Of a stretch of DNA of 64,000 nucleotides, positions 1 through 9,800 are shown piece after piece. The notes beneath the pieces were generated by a model. The model searched no databases and was not told the origin of the DNA. It saw nothing but the letters and a program-made list of their open reading frames with translations. The DNA is from a virus, in the IMG/VR virus record IMGVR_UViG_3300022074_000002, one strand, 5' to 3'. The position numbers and the translations under genes were made by a program. Within the stretch, counting starts at the first letter, position 1. Each line of letters begins with the position of its first letter.

Positions 1-2
1 AT

Positions 3-140
3 CCAGACGAGTCTTTTCTTAATCACTTGAATATTGGAGACCCCGATTCAAGTAATCACCGTAGGGGTTTTGGTTCACCAGATGAAATAGTAGACTGGTT
101 TAAACCTGATAGATCTGATGATTGGAGACAACGTGATTGA
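3..140 (+). CDS. 3' end of conserved cyanophage/cyanobacterial hypothetical protein (partial)
   Basis: Frame 3 reads PDESFLNHLNIGDPDSSNHRRGFGSPDEIVDWFKPDRSDDWRQRD* (TGA 138-140); not in ORF track; C-terminal DWRQRD recalled from a cyanophage family. Confidence 0.7.
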   Translation, partial: PDESFLNHLNIGDPDSSNHRRGFGSPDEIVDWFKPDRSDDWRQRD

Positions 141-409
141 TTAAACTTATAAAAGCATATTGTAAATTTACAATAGAGACCTTGGGAAACTTAGTAGATC
201 CACAGTGGTGGGCAACACTAATTCTAAAGAAGACAGGTTTGTTGAGACGTTGTGAGAAGGTAGGGGAGAAAGTTGAAAAATGGAAGTCAAAGTTCTCACC
301 AAGACAACGACTTTTTATAGAGGTTTTAATGTTTACATTAATTGCACTAGCATTTGAACCATTGTTAAATATGGTAGGTATGTCAATGTTACCATGGAGG
401 TGGTTTTGA
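137..409 (+). CDS. hypothetical membrane protein
   Basis: 90 aa, TTG start overlapping upstream stop, C-terminal hydrophobic segment. Confidence 0.55.
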   Translation: MIKLIKAYCKFTIETLGNLVDPQWWATLILKKTGLLRRCEKVGEKVEKWKSKFSPRQRLFIEVLMFTLIALAFEPLLNMVGMSMLPWRWF

Positions 410-413
410 TTAA

Positions 414-737
414 ATGACAGGATATGATTGGCATGTCATGAGAGACATACCCCCTGCTCATGGTAGTGGTAAAGAACCCATGTATGGAAGCATGGGTAAG
501 TCATGTAAACCAGATCCAAATGCTAAGAGGGAATACCCTTATTTGTATGCTGTCTTTTGTCTTGACTCACACAACACCAGTTACTTTTATATAAGAGAGG
601 ATGGTACGTGCTATTGGTTACATTCTCGTAAGAATAAGGATGACATCGAGGTAAATGCTGATATAATACAAATGGATATGTTTGGGGAACCTGATCTATC
701 TAAAGATTTTGTTATGAAAGCGTTGTTCTCAGTATAA
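414..737 (+). CDS. hypothetical protein
   Basis: 107-aa ORF tightly packed between neighbours. Confidence 0.6.
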   Translation: MTGYDWHVMRDIPPAHGSGKEPMYGSMGKSCKPDPNAKREYPYLYAVFCLDSHNTSYFYIREDGTCYWLHSRKNKDDIEVNADIIQMDMFGEPDLSKDFVMKALFSV

Positions 738-740
738 ATA
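733..740 (+). promoter_or_regulatory. T4-type late promoter TATAAATA
   Basis: Exact TATAAATA 5 nt before the PTOX ATG. Confidence 0.65.
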
Positions 741-745
741 CCTAT

Positions 746-1246
746 ATGAAACAAATAAACACATTCGTCTTAGATACTACAATCTATATCTTAGACTTCC
801 TCTACAGAGGTAGAGATTTTCAGAGGTTCTGGGTTCTTGAAGTGATTGCCAGAGCACCTTACTTTGCTTTTATCAGTGTGTTACATTTTCGTGAAAGTCT
901 TGGACTTCGAGGTGAAGAACATGTATACTTAATGAAGGAACATTTTTACCAAGCATTAAATGAAACAGAGCATCTGGAGGAAATGGAACTTAGGGAAGGC
1001 AATAAGCATTGGATCGACAGGTTTTTTGCCAAACATCTTGTTCTACTTTATTATTGGATCATGGTTGTTTACTATCTCGTTGATCCTATGGACGCTTACG
1101 ACATCAACATGAAGATTGAAAAGCATGCATATGAAACTTATGTTAAGTATGGTGCATATCACCCAGAAGATGCTAAAATACAAGAAATAGCATCAGATGA
1201 ATTAGAACACGCAAGAGAATTACAACATGCAATGACAATGATATGA
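746..1246 (+). CDS. ptoX: plastoquinol terminal oxidase (PTOX, alternative oxidase family)
   Basis: RFWVLEVIARAPYFAFISVLH, NETEHL and DELEHA di-iron ExxH motifs; short cyanophage form. Confidence 0.93.
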   Translation: MKQINTFVLDTTIYILDFLYRGRDFQRFWVLEVIARAPYFAFISVLHFRESLGLRGEEHVYLMKEHFYQALNETEHLEEMELREGNKHWIDRFFAKHLVLLYYWIMVVYYLVDPMDAYDINMKIEKHAYETYVKYGAYHPEDAKIQEIASDELEHARELQHAMTMI

Positions 1247-1716
1247 GTGACATACATTTTAAGAGACACCGTGTGTTTCGTGAAACAGATGATGTAATAT
1301 TTTATGATATATCTGTAGAAGAATCAAATGCTAGTGATCTTGTGGTACACACAGGTCCTGCCATATCACCTCCACCTGACTGCGTGGGAGGTAAACAGTT
1401 CTATATCCATAGTTTTCAAGATGACTGTAATAGAGTATTGTCAGGTGAGAGAACTTTTGAGTTAGTCAATAGAGATTGGAGATATCAATACCATATAGTG
1501 CATCTTAATAGACATAGTGGTGCATTAATAATACCTCGTGGCACGTTCCATAGGTCTACATCAGGAGAGAATGGATCAATAGTAATTAATCAGGCAAAGA
1601 GATACGATGGGTTTGATCCCAGTGCTGAGTTCTATCCAGTATCTACTGCAGAGAATATGGAATTGTATAACATTTTAAAGAACGAAAAACCTGTTATACA
1701 TACTTTAGGTGAGTAA
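1243..1716 (+). CDS. cupin-fold (RmlC-like) conserved cyanobacterial/cyanophage protein
   Basis: YIHSFQDDCNRVLSGERTF and LIIPRGTFHRS match cupin motifs 1 and 2; ATGA overlap with ptoX. Confidence 0.7.
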   Translation: MSDIHFKRHRVFRETDDVIFYDISVEESNASDLVVHTGPAISPPPDCVGGKQFYIHSFQDDCNRVLSGERTFELVNRDWRYQYHIVHLNRHSGALIIPRGTFHRSTSGENGSIVINQAKRYDGFDPSAEFYPVSTAENMELYNILKNEKPVIHTLGE

Positions 1717-1726
1717 ATGAAGACAA

Positions 1727-2320
1727 ATGAATAAGTGGATTGGAATTAGTTTAGGAACTCTCGTAGGTGTATCACATATAGCTATGATAGGTGTCCTGTC
1801 AACTAGACAACAAAGTAAATTACCAGATTTAAAATTACCTGTAGGTGACTATACAACTTATCAGGCAGAGGTAACAGAGGATGGGTATAAAGTTGCTTAC
1901 AGAGCAAATGATCCTGCAACAGCATATATTACTAAAGATATTAAAGAGAAGGCAGGGTTCTTGGGACTTGCAACTAACACAACTAAGGTTGCTGAAGAAT
2001 ACTTTATGGATGGTAAGACCAACCAAGGTGGTGCAGTATCTAATACTAGATCATGGTTAGATCAGAAACCTGGTTTGACAGCAGGGCAGACAGCAGAGAT
2101 AGTTGCTGCTAGACAAAGTGAAGCATGTATAAAAGCAATAGGATCAGCAGAAGGAACTGGAAGACTTGTAGGCACTAGCGTTGGTGCAGCAGCAGCACCT
2201 ACTCTTAGCACTATACCATTCGTAGGATGGGTAGCAGCAGGATGGGTAGCAATGTTTGGTGGTAACCAAGGTGCAGAGATTGGTGGAAATATGGCAGAGG
2301 ATATGTCTAAAGATTGCTAA
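1727..2320 (+). CDS. conserved membrane-associated protein with glycine-zipper C-terminus
   Basis: N-terminal hydrophobic helix; GTSVGAAAAP..IPFVGWVAAGWVAMFGGNQGAEIGG. Confidence 0.7.
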   Translation: MNKWIGISLGTLVGVSHIAMIGVLSTRQQSKLPDLKLPVGDYTTYQAEVTEDGYKVAYRANDPATAYITKDIKEKAGFLGLATNTTKVAEEYFMDGKTNQGGAVSNTRSWLDQKPGLTAGQTAEIVAARQSEACIKAIGSAEGTGRLVGTSVGAAAAPTLSTIPFVGWVAAGWVAMFGGNQGAEIGGNMAEDMSKDC

Positions 2321-2352
2321 AAATACATATATTATAGGACTTACAATCAACC

Positions 2353-2583
2353 ATGCAACAGTCAGTCGTTTATTCTAATGGAAATCAAGAGTGTGAACGT
2401 GCAGTTTCACTTTTGCGAAGTCAAGGACATAGTTTCCACGAGTATGTGCTAGGAGAAGACTTCACTCAGACAGAGTTTGAAATGGAATTTGGTGGAGACG
2501 CTAAATACCCACAAGTTACAATAGGCAAAGACCATATTGGAACACTAAAAGAAACTTTACACGAGATGTTTCTTAAGACTTGA
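2353..2583 (+). CDS. glutaredoxin-like protein lacking CxxC
   Basis: VVYSNGNQECERA and YPQV..GKDHIG match Grx fold positions; a single Cys. Confidence 0.7.
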   Translation: MQQSVVYSNGNQECERAVSLLRSQGHSFHEYVLGEDFTQTEFEMEFGGDAKYPQVTIGKDHIGTLKETLHEMFLKT

Positions 2584-2608
2584 CAAAAACATGAGTGTTA
2601 TGTAGAAT
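2580..2608 (+). promoter_or_regulatory. sigma70-type promoter for the 2612-3739 operon (includes cpeT)
   Basis: TTGACA 2580-2585, 17-bp spacer, TAGAAT 2603-2608. Confidence 0.7.
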
Positions 2609-2611
2609 ATT

Positions 2612-2872
2612 ATGAAATACCCAATCGGCAAAAGACATGTATTTGTAGACAGTGAACCTGTTAGAATGTATTTTATTAATGATATACCCTTTGCATTTGA
2701 TGGTTTAGAAAATTATCAGAAGCAAGACAAGTGGATTCTTACAGAATGTGCTATTAATCCAGAGTATACATTAGAAGATATTTTGAGATGGGGTGACTAC
2801 CTGATGGAAGAAGAATGTCATCCAGTTTTATTTGAATTAGATCTTCTTAATCGAGAAATTTTACCCGAATGA
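2612..2872 (+). CDS. conserved cyanophage hypothetical protein
   Basis: 86 aa acidic ORF directly after the promoter; ATGA overlap with cpeT. Confidence 0.7.
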   Translation: MKYPIGKRHVFVDSEPVRMYFINDIPFAFDGLENYQKQDKWILTECAINPEYTLEDILRWGDYLMEEECHPVLFELDLLNREILPE

Positions 2873-3387
2873 ATGAATTTACTGAATTGTTAGTGGGAAC
2901 GTTTGCCAATAAAAGACAAGCACAATCCCACCCTACTCGTTATGCACATATACGTGTCTCTCATCGTTTAATTGGTGGGAATCGCATTTATGGGGAGCAA
3001 GCATACAACTATCTTTTGAACAGACCCTACAGACAGTTCGTAATTGATGTTGTACAAGAAAATGAAGAATATCGTCTGAAGAATTATGAGATTATAAATC
3101 CTCTACAATTCGCAGAGTGTAAGAATATAGATAAAATTACTGATGATATATTAAAATATCGTGAAGGGTGTGATGTCATCATGAGAAAGACAGGTAATAA
3201 AATATTTTTTGGTGGAACATCTACCTGTGAGTGTTGGGTAACATGGAATGGTATAAAAACATATGTTCAGAATGAAGTTATGTTGAGTGAGACAGAGTAT
3301 CAGGTAACAGATAAAGGATTACATGCAGAGAGTCGTACTAAGGTATGGGGTTCTGACTACGGTGCGTTTAAGTTTGTGAGACAGTAA
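2869..3387 (+). CDS. cpeT: T-type phycobiliprotein (bilin) lyase, CpcT/CpeT family
   Basis: GTFANKRQAQSHPTRYAHIRV, YGEQAYNY..NRPYRQ, GCDV, WGS..GAFKF: CpeT/CpcT signature motifs. Confidence 0.92.
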   Translation: MNEFTELLVGTFANKRQAQSHPTRYAHIRVSHRLIGGNRIYGEQAYNYLLNRPYRQFVIDVVQENEEYRLKNYEIINPLQFAECKNIDKITDDILKYREGCDVIMRKTGNKIFFGGTSTCECWVTWNGIKTYVQNEVMLSETEYQVTDKGLHAESRTKVWGSDYGAFKFVRQ

Positions 3388-3388
3388 C

Positions 3389-3739
3389 ATGCCTATCAAA
3401 GACAAAGAGGAAAATCGAAAATATCAACGGGAGTGGGCAAGAAAAAATTCCAAGACAAAAAAAGTAAATCAAGTCGGTGCAAAAAGAAGGAAACAAATGG
3501 TTGATGATGCTAAATCACACCCGTGTGTCATTTGCAATAAAGATTATCCCGTAGAAGTTATGGATCTATATCATATAGATCAGTCAGAGAAAGCATCAAG
3601 TATATCTAAGTTGATGTGTATATCAAGTTATACTGCATTAAAAGAAGAGATAGATAAGTGTGCTCCTCTATGTGCAAACTGCCATAGATTATTGGATCAT
3701 GGATACGTACAACTACCAGAATTAATCGTAATTACATAA
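3389..3739 (+). CDS. HNH endonuclease (Zn-binding, free-standing)
   Basis: CVIC...DLYHID..EK...EEIDKCAPLCANCHR; basic N-terminal helix. Confidence 0.8.
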   Translation: MPIKDKEENRKYQREWARKNSKTKKVNQVGAKRRKQMVDDAKSHPCVICNKDYPVEVMDLYHIDQSEKASSISKLMCISSYTALKEEIDKCAPLCANCHRLLDHGYVQLPELIVIT

Positions 3740-3769
3740 GGTTCAAATCTAACCTATACCATATCTTAG

Positions 3770-3795
3770 AACCCTCAGCAAAACTGGGGGTTTTG
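3770..3795 (+). terminator. intrinsic terminator
   Basis: AACCCTCAG-caaaa-CTGGGGGTT stem followed by TTG. Confidence 0.65.
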
Positions 3796-3799
3796 CGTG

Positions 3800-3807
3800 T
3801 ATAAATA
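3800..3807 (+). promoter_or_regulatory. T4-type late promoter TATAAATA
   Basis: Exact consensus 41 nt before the giant gene ATG. Confidence 0.8.
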
Positions 3808-3848
3808 AATCACGAGGAAAGTTTTAACTACAGGATCAGAGAGTAATC

Positions 3849-6800
3849 ATGCCATTATCACGTTTGGATAACCTTATCAGCAGTAAGACTGGTAAGTATC
3901 TTTATGTTTCGCCTGATGATTTTAATGCAACCGATGCATTATCTAACAGAGGTAATTCACCAGTTGTACCATTTAAAAGCATACAGAGAGCATTTTTAGA
4001 AATTGCTAGGTATTCATATCTACCAGGATTTGGAAATGATAGGTTCGACCAATTCACTATAATGTTGATGCCTGGCATCCATTATATTGATAATAGACCT
4101 GGTTTAGTAGACACAAGTGGCGTTGATATATTTGGTTTTGATCAAGCAAACAATGCTTGGACAGATGACAGCATCCTAGATTTATCTAATTCTGATAACG
4201 TATACTATAAGTTTAATAACACTGAAGGTGGTGCCATTATTCCTCGTGGTTCATCACTCGTTGGTTATGATTTAAGAAGAACTGTTGTAAGACCTCTTTA
4301 TGTTCCTGATCCTGCTGTAACAGAAAGAGAGATTCCTCGTACTGCTATGTTCAATGTAACTGGTGGTTGTTATTTCTGGCAGTTTACTCTTAAAGATGGT
4401 CAAACAACATCTGAATCTCCTCTATATGATGCTGCAGCTGGAACTGGTAAAGTTTACTACGATCCATCTGACTTTACTAGATTAGCAGCACCTAACTATT
4501 CTCACCACAAACTAACAGTATTTGAATATGCAGATACAGATGAGTTAAATCTATTCTACAGAAAAATTGCTAAGGCATTCTCTGCATATCAACCAACTAT
4601 TGATGATCCTGGCGAATTTGATACAAGAGTACAAGAAAACAGAATTGTAGGTCCTCTATCTGACTCTAGAATTATTGAGAGTTTGACTCTTACTGATGCT
4701 ACAACTGATCCTAGTATTCCTGCATCTACTACAGAAGTAACAGTAACAACTAAAGTTGACCATGGATATTTCCAAGGACAGTTTGTTGCTATTGCAAACA
4801 CAGAAATTGATGACGTATTAGAAGGTATCTTCGAGATCAAAGAGATTGATCAGAACGACGCCCGTAAATTTAAATATCTAGTTCCATTTGTAACAAGTGG
4901 AATTGGTAGTAATATTGTGTCTGGACAGACTGTAAGTGTTGACACAACACCAGCACTTGGACAGAATGCACAGGCATTAGCAGAAGTTGACTCAGTTGAA
5001 TCTGCATCACCATATGTCTTTAACGTATCAATCAGATCTACATGGGGTATTTGTGGTATCTGGGCAAATGGTTTGAAAGCCACTGGTTTCAAATCAATGG
5101 TTATCGCTCAGTACACTGGTGTATCTCTACAGAAAGATGATAGAGCATTCATTAGATACGACGAGTATACAAACACATGGAACCAAGCATCACTTGTAGA
5201 CGCATTTGCTACAGTTCCATATCATACAAAAGGTGACGCATACTATAAAGATGAGTGGAGAAACTTCCACGTTAGAGCATCTGAAGATTCATTCATTCAG
5301 TGTGTTAGTATCTTTGCTGTTGGTTTTGCTGATCACTTCTTGATGGAGTCAGGTGGTGACATGTCAATCACCAACTCTAACTCTAACTTTGGTAACACAT
5401 CCTTACATGCTATTGGTTTCAAAGGATTTGCATTCAACCAAGATAAGGGTGGATTCATCACAGATATTATTCCTCCTAAGACAGTTGTTGATAATACTGC
5501 CAGCACTAAAAAGATTTCCTATTATACTATTGATATACAAGGAACATTATCTACATCACAGAACTATACTAAATTATTCCTCGGCAACGAAGATATTGTA
5601 GATCCATTAGTCAGACCAGCAGCAACAATTGATGGTTATAGATTAGGTGCTAAGTCTGATGACAAATTATATGTTAAGTTAGATCCAGCACCTGGCACAG
5701 ATGAGTTCTTCAATGCATCACTAGAACCAACTGGTTTTGTTAAGTACATTGCAAAAGGATCTATTCTTAATCCTAGTGGTGGTGTAGTCAACAGTGTATA
5801 TGCTGATGCTGCTAACTTGATTGAAAGCAACAGACGCATGATCCAAGAAGAAGTATTTGGATATATTCTAGAAAAATATCCTAGACTTCAGAATATTCCT
5901 TATGTTAATCCTGGTTTAGATCCTGCTGGTAACAGATACTTTGATGCTCGTAACTTGATTGCAGCAAACAGACAGTATATTGTTGACACAGCATTTGATG
6001 ACATGATCAGAACTTATGGATCAGCAGTGATTCAAGGTATTGGTGATGGTAAGTGCAAGAGAGATATTGGTTTAGTTGTTGATGCTGTTGCAGAAGATTT
6101 AAGAGATGGTGGTAACGCAAACGTTATTGCAGCAACAAGAGAATACTTTGATGGTGATGGTAACCCACTAACTAATGGTCTAGTTGGTGAGGAGGACTAT
6201 GCAACCTACGCATTCCGTAGAGCAAGAGATCTATGTAAACTTGCTATTGCTAACTTACTACCAAACAAAGCAGATTTATATGATCCTGATCCTAACAGTA
6301 ACCTTGCACCATATGGTATTAATGTTGGTAAGACAGGTTCACAGGCAGAACTAGATGGTGACACAACAAATGGTGTTACTATTGACTTAGCACTTAAAGC
6401 AGATCCAGCATCCCGTTATAAAGACGCCCGTAACAGAATCGTTGCTAACAAAGATTTCATTCTTGATGCAGCAGTCGCAGAGATATCTGTATATCATCCT
6501 GACTTCTATCATCCTACTGATACACAGACAAACTCACAGTCAAGACTTGCTGATGCATTCCGTCTAATCAGAAGAAACTCATCTGAGATTAGAGATAAGG
6601 CACTTGCTCAGATTGCTGTTGATCATCCTAACTTCTATATTGATGGAGACAACCAGACTGATGAAGGATCAAGATACGCATCTGCATATCGTTTGATTTC
6701 AAAGAACAGAGATCAGATTGTTGACACAGCACTAGCAGAAACAACTGTACAACATCCAGACTATTATTTTGTTGGTGACCAAGCAACAGATGCACGTTCG

Positions 6801-9800
6801 AGATATGCTGACGGTTATCGTTTAATTGTACAGAACAGAGTAGAGATTGTAAACACAGCATGGAATGATACATTTGCACAGTATCCAAACCACGGACAGT
6901 ACGAAGCAAAATGTAAGCGTGACCTAGACATCTTCATAGAAGCAATAGGTTTAGACTTATTTGTTGGTGGTAATAAGTATGCACGTAAGTTTATCTCAGA
7001 ATATTTCAATGCTGCTGGTACTACATGGATCATTGGTGGTCTACAGGGTGAAGAAGCAGAAAGTGTATTTGCATTCAACAAAGCAAGAGACTACATGAAA
7101 CTTGCTGTAGCTAACCAGTTGAGTATACAAGATCTTAGTGTTACACCAGGTCCTGCACAGTATGGTGGAGGTGGTGGAGACATTCCTAACAACCAGTCTG
7201 GTGCATGCGATGATGTACAGTCTGCTATCGTTACTTTGACTGATATTGTTACTGCACAAATTACTGCTGGTAATCTATCTGGTCTTCCTTCAGAGACATC
7301 ATATATCTCAGGACCTGGCGAAGAGAAATGTCGTAGAGATATTGGTATCTTTGTTGACTCAGTTGCACTTGACTTATTCTGTAAGGGTAATGTTTACTCA
7401 CATAGATTTGCAGCAGAGTTCTTTACTGATAATACAACACCTGAGTTCTCATTCAACTCAGCAGTATACAACACGAACTTCAATAAAGCTCGTGACATGA
7501 TCAAGAAGGCAATAACTAACCAGTTATACTTCAAAGACAATGGTACACAAGGAGCGATTGATAGAACTGCAGACAATGCACCTGGCTCAGCATACGGTCA
7601 GGTATCTAGAGATTACACACCACATGGTGCTGCATATACTGCATCTACTGGTGATATGGTTCTTGATATTGCCAACCATGATTTAAGTACAGGAGACTAT
7701 ATTAAGATTGCAGATAACTCATTGACATTTACATGTTCAATGGATAACAATGCAACCAACCACACATATCCTCGTACAACCGACCCAGTATCTGGACAGT
7801 ATATCGAAATTACTTCATCTACAGCAGATACTATTACAGTCAATGTTGGTGCATCACCTATTGTAGAGTTCACACCAACCACAGGAACAACATATGATCC
7901 TAATACAGGATTGATGGTTCTTGAAATCGGTGCTCATAACTTGACTGCTGGTACAAATGTTAAGTTAAAAGAGGAATCATTAGTATTCAGTTGTGGATTT
8001 GGTGGTGCTACTGGTGCTGCTGCTGAGAAAGCATATCCTAGATCAAATGGTAATGACCCATTCTTCAATACTTCAATTGCAATTCAGTCAGTAACTGCTA
8101 CAACAATTACTCTCCAAGTATTAACAACTGTTCCTTCCACAAACACTGATCCACATACATTTGTATCTGCAACCACTGGTGCAGTTGAGAGTGGTGGTAA
8201 CTATGCACATACATTTGTGAGTGCTACATCTAACGCAGTCAACTTTGGTGGTAACACTGAGAATGAATTGATTGATGCACAATCAGCATTATGTTCTGAT
8301 GTACAAGCTGCAACTGATACACTAACAGGTATTGTTACTACAATTCTTGCTAATGGTAACCTTAGCACCATGCCAATAGAAGTTAACTATGGTACTGGTA
8401 GAGGACCTGGCGAAGTCAAGTGTGCTCGTGACTTAGGATACTTCATTGATGCTATTTCCGTTGACATGTATCACGAAGGTAACAAACATACCAGAGAATA
8501 CACAGAACAATACTTTACCAATGCAAGTACACCATTGCCAAATGGTCTACAGGGTGAAGAGTCAGAAAGTATAACTGCATATAATACTGCTATTGGTGAG
8601 ATGAAGAAAGCAATCACCAACCAGTTATACTACAAAGATCTAACAGTTACAGAAGGTGGATCTACTTATGCTGGATCAACTACTGACGTAGGAACTCCTA
8701 CTAACGTGACATATGATGCAACAACTGGAACTCTAGTAACAACTATTACAGGTCACGGACTTGCTAACGGAGATAAGATTAAGTTCTTAGAAAATTCATT
8801 GACACTATCATGTACAATGGATGGTAATACTGCTAACAAAACATATCCAAGACCAACTGATCCAACATTCAACACATGGTTGACTGTTGCAAATAAAACT
8901 AATGATACATTTGAAGTTAACGTAGGTACATCACCTCTAGTAACATACACACCAACTACAGGAACAACATATGATCCTAACACAGGACTAATGGTTCTTG
9001 AGATTGGTGCTCATGATTTAACTGCTGGTACATCTATTAAGTTAGCACCTAACTCATTAACATTCAGTTGTGGATATAACGGTGCTACAGGTGCTGCTGC
9101 AGAGAAATCATATCCTAGATCAAATGGTAATGACCCATTTTATAATACTGCAATTAACATTGAGTCAGTAACTGGAACTACAATTACACTTCAAGTATTA
9201 ACAACTGTTCCATCTACAAACACTGATCCACATACATTTGTATCAGCAACAGCTGGAGCAGTTATCGCTGGTGGTAACTACGCCCACACATTTGTATCTG
9301 CAACAGCAAACGCAGTTAGAAAACAGAACTCAGCAATTACAAGCAGAACAAGTTCAAGTGCATGTTCAGATGTACAGTCTGCTATTGACACACTAGGAAC
9401 TATCGTTACCGATGCTATCGCTGCTGGTAATATCACAGGTGGTATCTGGAATAACGCTGCCAATCCTGGCACACTGATACCTGGCGAAGCTAAGTGTCGT
9501 AGAGACTTGGGTATTGTAGTTGAGGCAGTTGCACAAGATCTTTGGTTTGGTGGTAACGAGTTTACTATCGCTGCAACTAAGGAATACTTCAAGGGTAACC
9601 AACTCATTGCTAACGGTGTTGACAATGAGGTTGCACCATCAGTTACTGCATTCAAACGTGCAGAAGATTTGATGCAACGTGCATTGAACAATCAATACTA
9701 TGATCGTGATCTAAACATTACACTTGACACTATTGGTGATCCTCCTATTGTTGGAGACATTGAGTGTGATGCACATGACATGGTTATATCTAATCAACTC

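Noticed and set aside
1727-2320. Database-style label cAMP phosphodiesterase for this family (recalled)
   Set aside because: No metallo-hydrolase motifs visible; only a TM helix and a glycine zipper
3389-3739. HNH suspected to be inactivated (DLYH instead of DFHH)
   Set aside because: The His before the ID and the CANCH motif are intact, so there is no evidence of decay
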